Of a DNA stretch of 64,000 nt, positions 61,155-64,000 are shown piece by piece; position 1 is the stretch's first letter, and every line of letters starts with the position of its first letter. The stretch comes from Vicugna vicugna (taxonomy: Eukaryota): positions 496,001 to 560,000 of the forward strand of contig MU058896.1 of NCBI GenBank assembly GCA_013265495.1. Reading direction: 5' to 3'. Made by a program: the position numbers and the translations under genes. Under the pieces are notes generated by a model. The model did not search any database. It saw only the letters and a program-made list of their open reading frames with translations, and was not told the DNA's origin.

Positions 61155-62442
61155 CTGCAGGTGTGAAGAGAGAAACTGCCGTGTTACACGCTGGCGCCAG
61201 GGTTGAAATTCTACACAGGACGGATGCAGTTAATACCCTCTAATCTGTACTACTGCTTCCTGTGCATAAAACAACCACCTGAGTGTGGGTCAGAAAGGGC
61301 AGTAATTAGCATTCTTAATACCCACATACACTAAAAATGACAAATGCCCCCTGTTCTGACTACCGTTCATCACTGAGCAGCGGGGTTTCCTCCGTATTAA
61401 CAGGATCATAGAAGTCATGTCAGATAAGCCACAGAAAATAAAACCTTGCTCTTAATTATTGTTGAAAACCTTTCAAGGATTTAATTATCCCATCCTGCCC
61501 AACCCAAAAAAGTCATCAGACCAAGCGAGTTCAGCAAAGCCTACGAAACTCTACAGAAAGGGCAGGAGTTTGAGGCCTCGGATGCCTCCCACAGACACAC
61601 CTCTGCCTCCGGTGGCCGGACAGGACCTGTCCCCCTGCCCCCCTGCCCCCCGCCTGCACCTCGGAGCCGCACACATGTGGACTCATCATCTGTCCACACG
61701 CTCCTCAACTCCCTCTCCAAAGAAGGTTCATTCCTTCCAGACACATGTGAACCAGAGGCACAGTCTCATGAAGGATAAACACCAAGACAAATAACCACTA
61801 ACCCCCCAGCAGGTAAGTTCCTGGGCCAAGTAAACACAAGAGGGCAGGGTAAAGGGAGGCAGCCTGAGCTTGGAAAGTGGCCCAGAGGGGACCTGGGAGC
61901 TAGAACATGGAAGGAGGCACGAAGACACAACTAGGGGAGAGGTGGGATGTCCAGGTGAGGGCAGCGTGGGAGCCAGGGTACGGGACAGCACAGAGCACAA
62001 CAGGGCCAGGCCCGGAATCTGCCAGAATATGGGATGGCTTTTCTGGGGGACCAAGGAGCAGGAGAAGCAGGGGGTCAGGTGACAAAGGGCCTCCTGGGCG
62101 AGGCCACCAAACATGAGCCTGGTCCTGGAGGCAGGCGGTCAGCCAGGGTTAGAGGCGAGCTGGGGACATGGAACGTGGGCAGCACAGGAAGCACAGCCTG
62201 GGAGAGGGGAACGGCGGGCAGGGCGGGGCCGAGGGGACAGCAGGCTGCCTCCAGCGCCCAGGGATGCCATGGGGCCAGGGCAGGAGGCACCACCTAGATT
62301 AGGTGCATGGTAAACAGACACAGCAGATCAAAGCTGGTCCACCAGGTGAGGGCGAAGCGGGATGAAGTACAGAGGACAGGAGCTTAGAGAACACGGTGCA
62401 CACGCTGCAGACAGCCCCCTGGCCACCAGGCTGCAGACCCAC

Positions 62443-62572
62443 CATTTAAGGAACATGCGGAGGGAATCTTTGCGGAGACATGGCTGCTCCTCGAAGATCT
62501 TCTCCTTGAGAACCAGCCCTTTGCTGTACCGGCAGTCCTTCTCCAGAGCTTTGCAGATGAAGTACAGGCACG
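62443..62572 (-). CDS. CABIN1: CABIN1 coding exon (~exon 7), 130 nt, TPR region
   Basis: caccag|CG TGC CTG TAC ... CTT AAA TG|gtgggt; encodes (T)[42 protein letters not shown](C). Confidence 0.95.
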
Positions 62573-64000
62573 CTGGTGGTGAAAGAAGCAGCGTGACCTT
62601 TGGGCGTGCACTGAAGCTCTGGCCTTGCCAGTGACACCAGGGACCTGTCCTACTCTGGGACCCAAGAAATGCAGGGTAAACAAGGAGATGCCACTTTAAC
62701 CGATTCAATCGGGAACCGCTTCTGAAAGAAATGATACCCACAGTGATATCCACGGGTCGAGGGGCAAACCCACACGTTGCGGGGGGAGGGCAGGCTGAGA
62801 ATCACAGGCACCCTGCACGACCCTCGACCCAGAGATCCCACCTCTAGGAAAATAAACCCCACGGGCCTGCAGGGACTCGCCTGTCTGAACAAAGCCCTCA
62901 GGAAATCGGGAAGCAGCCCAGGGCCCTGCCCGGGCCTGGGTGAGGAGGTCACCACCCCCACATATCACACACAGGGCTGGGGCTGCACCTGCTGAGCAGC
63001 TTAGGGAGGGAGCGGGGACGTCGTCAAGGGAGGCCCGCTCGCATGGGGAAGAAGGCTCCTGCGCTCACCAGTATCTCCCACTCTCCTCTTCTTTTCTTTT
63101 TTAGAAACTGTTTTTACAAAAAAAGCTGCTGCCTGCAGTATAAGGCACGTGCATCGTTCACACCAATATAATGAGGGGGGGCTGAGGGCTCTGGGATCAC
63201 CAGCAGGAAGGCTCCTCCAGAGGTAGCAGTGGTGACAGGCAAACAAGCACCCAGGGAAAAAACAGAGGGTATGGAGGCCCCAGGGGTCACAAGATCTGTG
63301 CGCTCACCACGGAGGAGGCCCTGGCCGGTGTGACCACTCAGGCCCACAGCCTCCCCAAGGACCCCCGGGAAGCGGCACCGGCACAGGGCGCCAGCTCCAC
63401 TCTGCCTGGGCACTGGGACCCCTGCGCCTGGCCCAGCTCCCGAGACTGAGTGTGGGTGCCGGTCTCTTGTGTCCAGGACAAGCGGAAAACGGAGCTGCGG
63501 AGGAGGAAGGAGAGGCAGGGCGGACACAGGGGCATGGGCGCAGGGAGAGGAGAGGCGGCGATGCTGCTCATGAGCCACCAACTCCCCGCAGGACAGGCAG
63601 CTCACCGGTTCCTGCTCACACAAACTAGGACACGGTTTCTTCTGGGACTGTGGTGGCTGGAGGGTGGCCCCCCGAGACTCCAGAGAGAAAACCAGGGTGG
63701 CATTGAGCATCTGGACAGGGCAGAGCTGACCACGCCACTGCAGAGGGAGCCCTGGAGGTCCCAAGGGAGCAGGAGATGGTCAGCACGTGGGTCCTGAGCA
63801 CCCTGCCTGCACATCTGAGTGCATGAGCTGCCACTAGGCCTCACTTTAACGCGTGACTTTTGCTTCTGGCCGTCAATGCATATAAATCCGTCAGGGTTCT
63901 CACAGACACCCGTGTCAGCAGGGAGCCAACCCGATCCTCCTACAGGGATGCAAGCTCAAGTGCACCTTCCAAACCAGGGGCCCGGGAAGGAAGGCAGAAC

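Larger units (their letters stand above)
1..64000 (-). other. CABIN1: CABIN1 gene body, partial (5' exons lie beyond 64000, 3' exons below 1)
   Basis: 21 exons translate to peptides matching mammalian CABIN1 as recalled (e.g. [73 protein letters not shown]). Order is collinear and phases are compatible. The flanking exons (..NPDHWPCLDNL.. and GIWRIPVDEIDRPG..) were not found in the window. Confidence 0.97.

Noticed and set aside
61290-61373. Possible box C/D snoRNA on the minus strand (GTGATGA ... CTGA, about 84 nt)
   Set aside because: No terminal stem, about 135 nt from the acceptor (farther than typical), and no rRNA-complementary guide recognised. A snoscan/Infernal search would settle it.
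61805-61820. Strong plus-strand donors (CAG|GTAAGT here; CAG|GTAAGA near 22390) hinting at an antisense gene
   Set aside because: Isolated 9-mers are expected by chance in 64 kb, and I could not build a coherent exon chain.

Overview
GC-rich mammalian genomic DNA. Two tRNA-derived SINEs resembling the camelid Vic-1 family suggest a camel, alpaca or llama. The whole window is the middle of one gene on the minus strand, CABIN1 (calcineurin-binding protein 1/Cain: calcineurin inhibitor, MEF2 co-repressor, HIRA chaperone subunit). I can delimit 21 coding exons (62572 down to 22588, 3930 nt), all with GT-AG boundaries. They splice in frame except across one N-gap. They match roughly exons 7-25, 27 and 28 of human CABIN1 (numbering recalled from memory). 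Two more exons (about 26 and 29) are absent and most likely lie in the two N-gaps (32502-32737, 14400-14571), each of which begins 1-2 nt short of a completed splice acceptor. Both ends of the gene lie outside the window. Introns hold old L1, L2, MIR, MER58 and Zaphod-like relics. The other ORFs in the track look like GC-rich noise. I see no clear novel gene system. The best lead is inference only: the last intron holds a promoter-like cluster with a donor and five NFAT-type cores (about 5.9-6.2 kb) and a MEF2+CRE element (about 8.8 kb). Together these could drive a calcium-inducible short C-terminal CABIN1 isoform as negative feedback.
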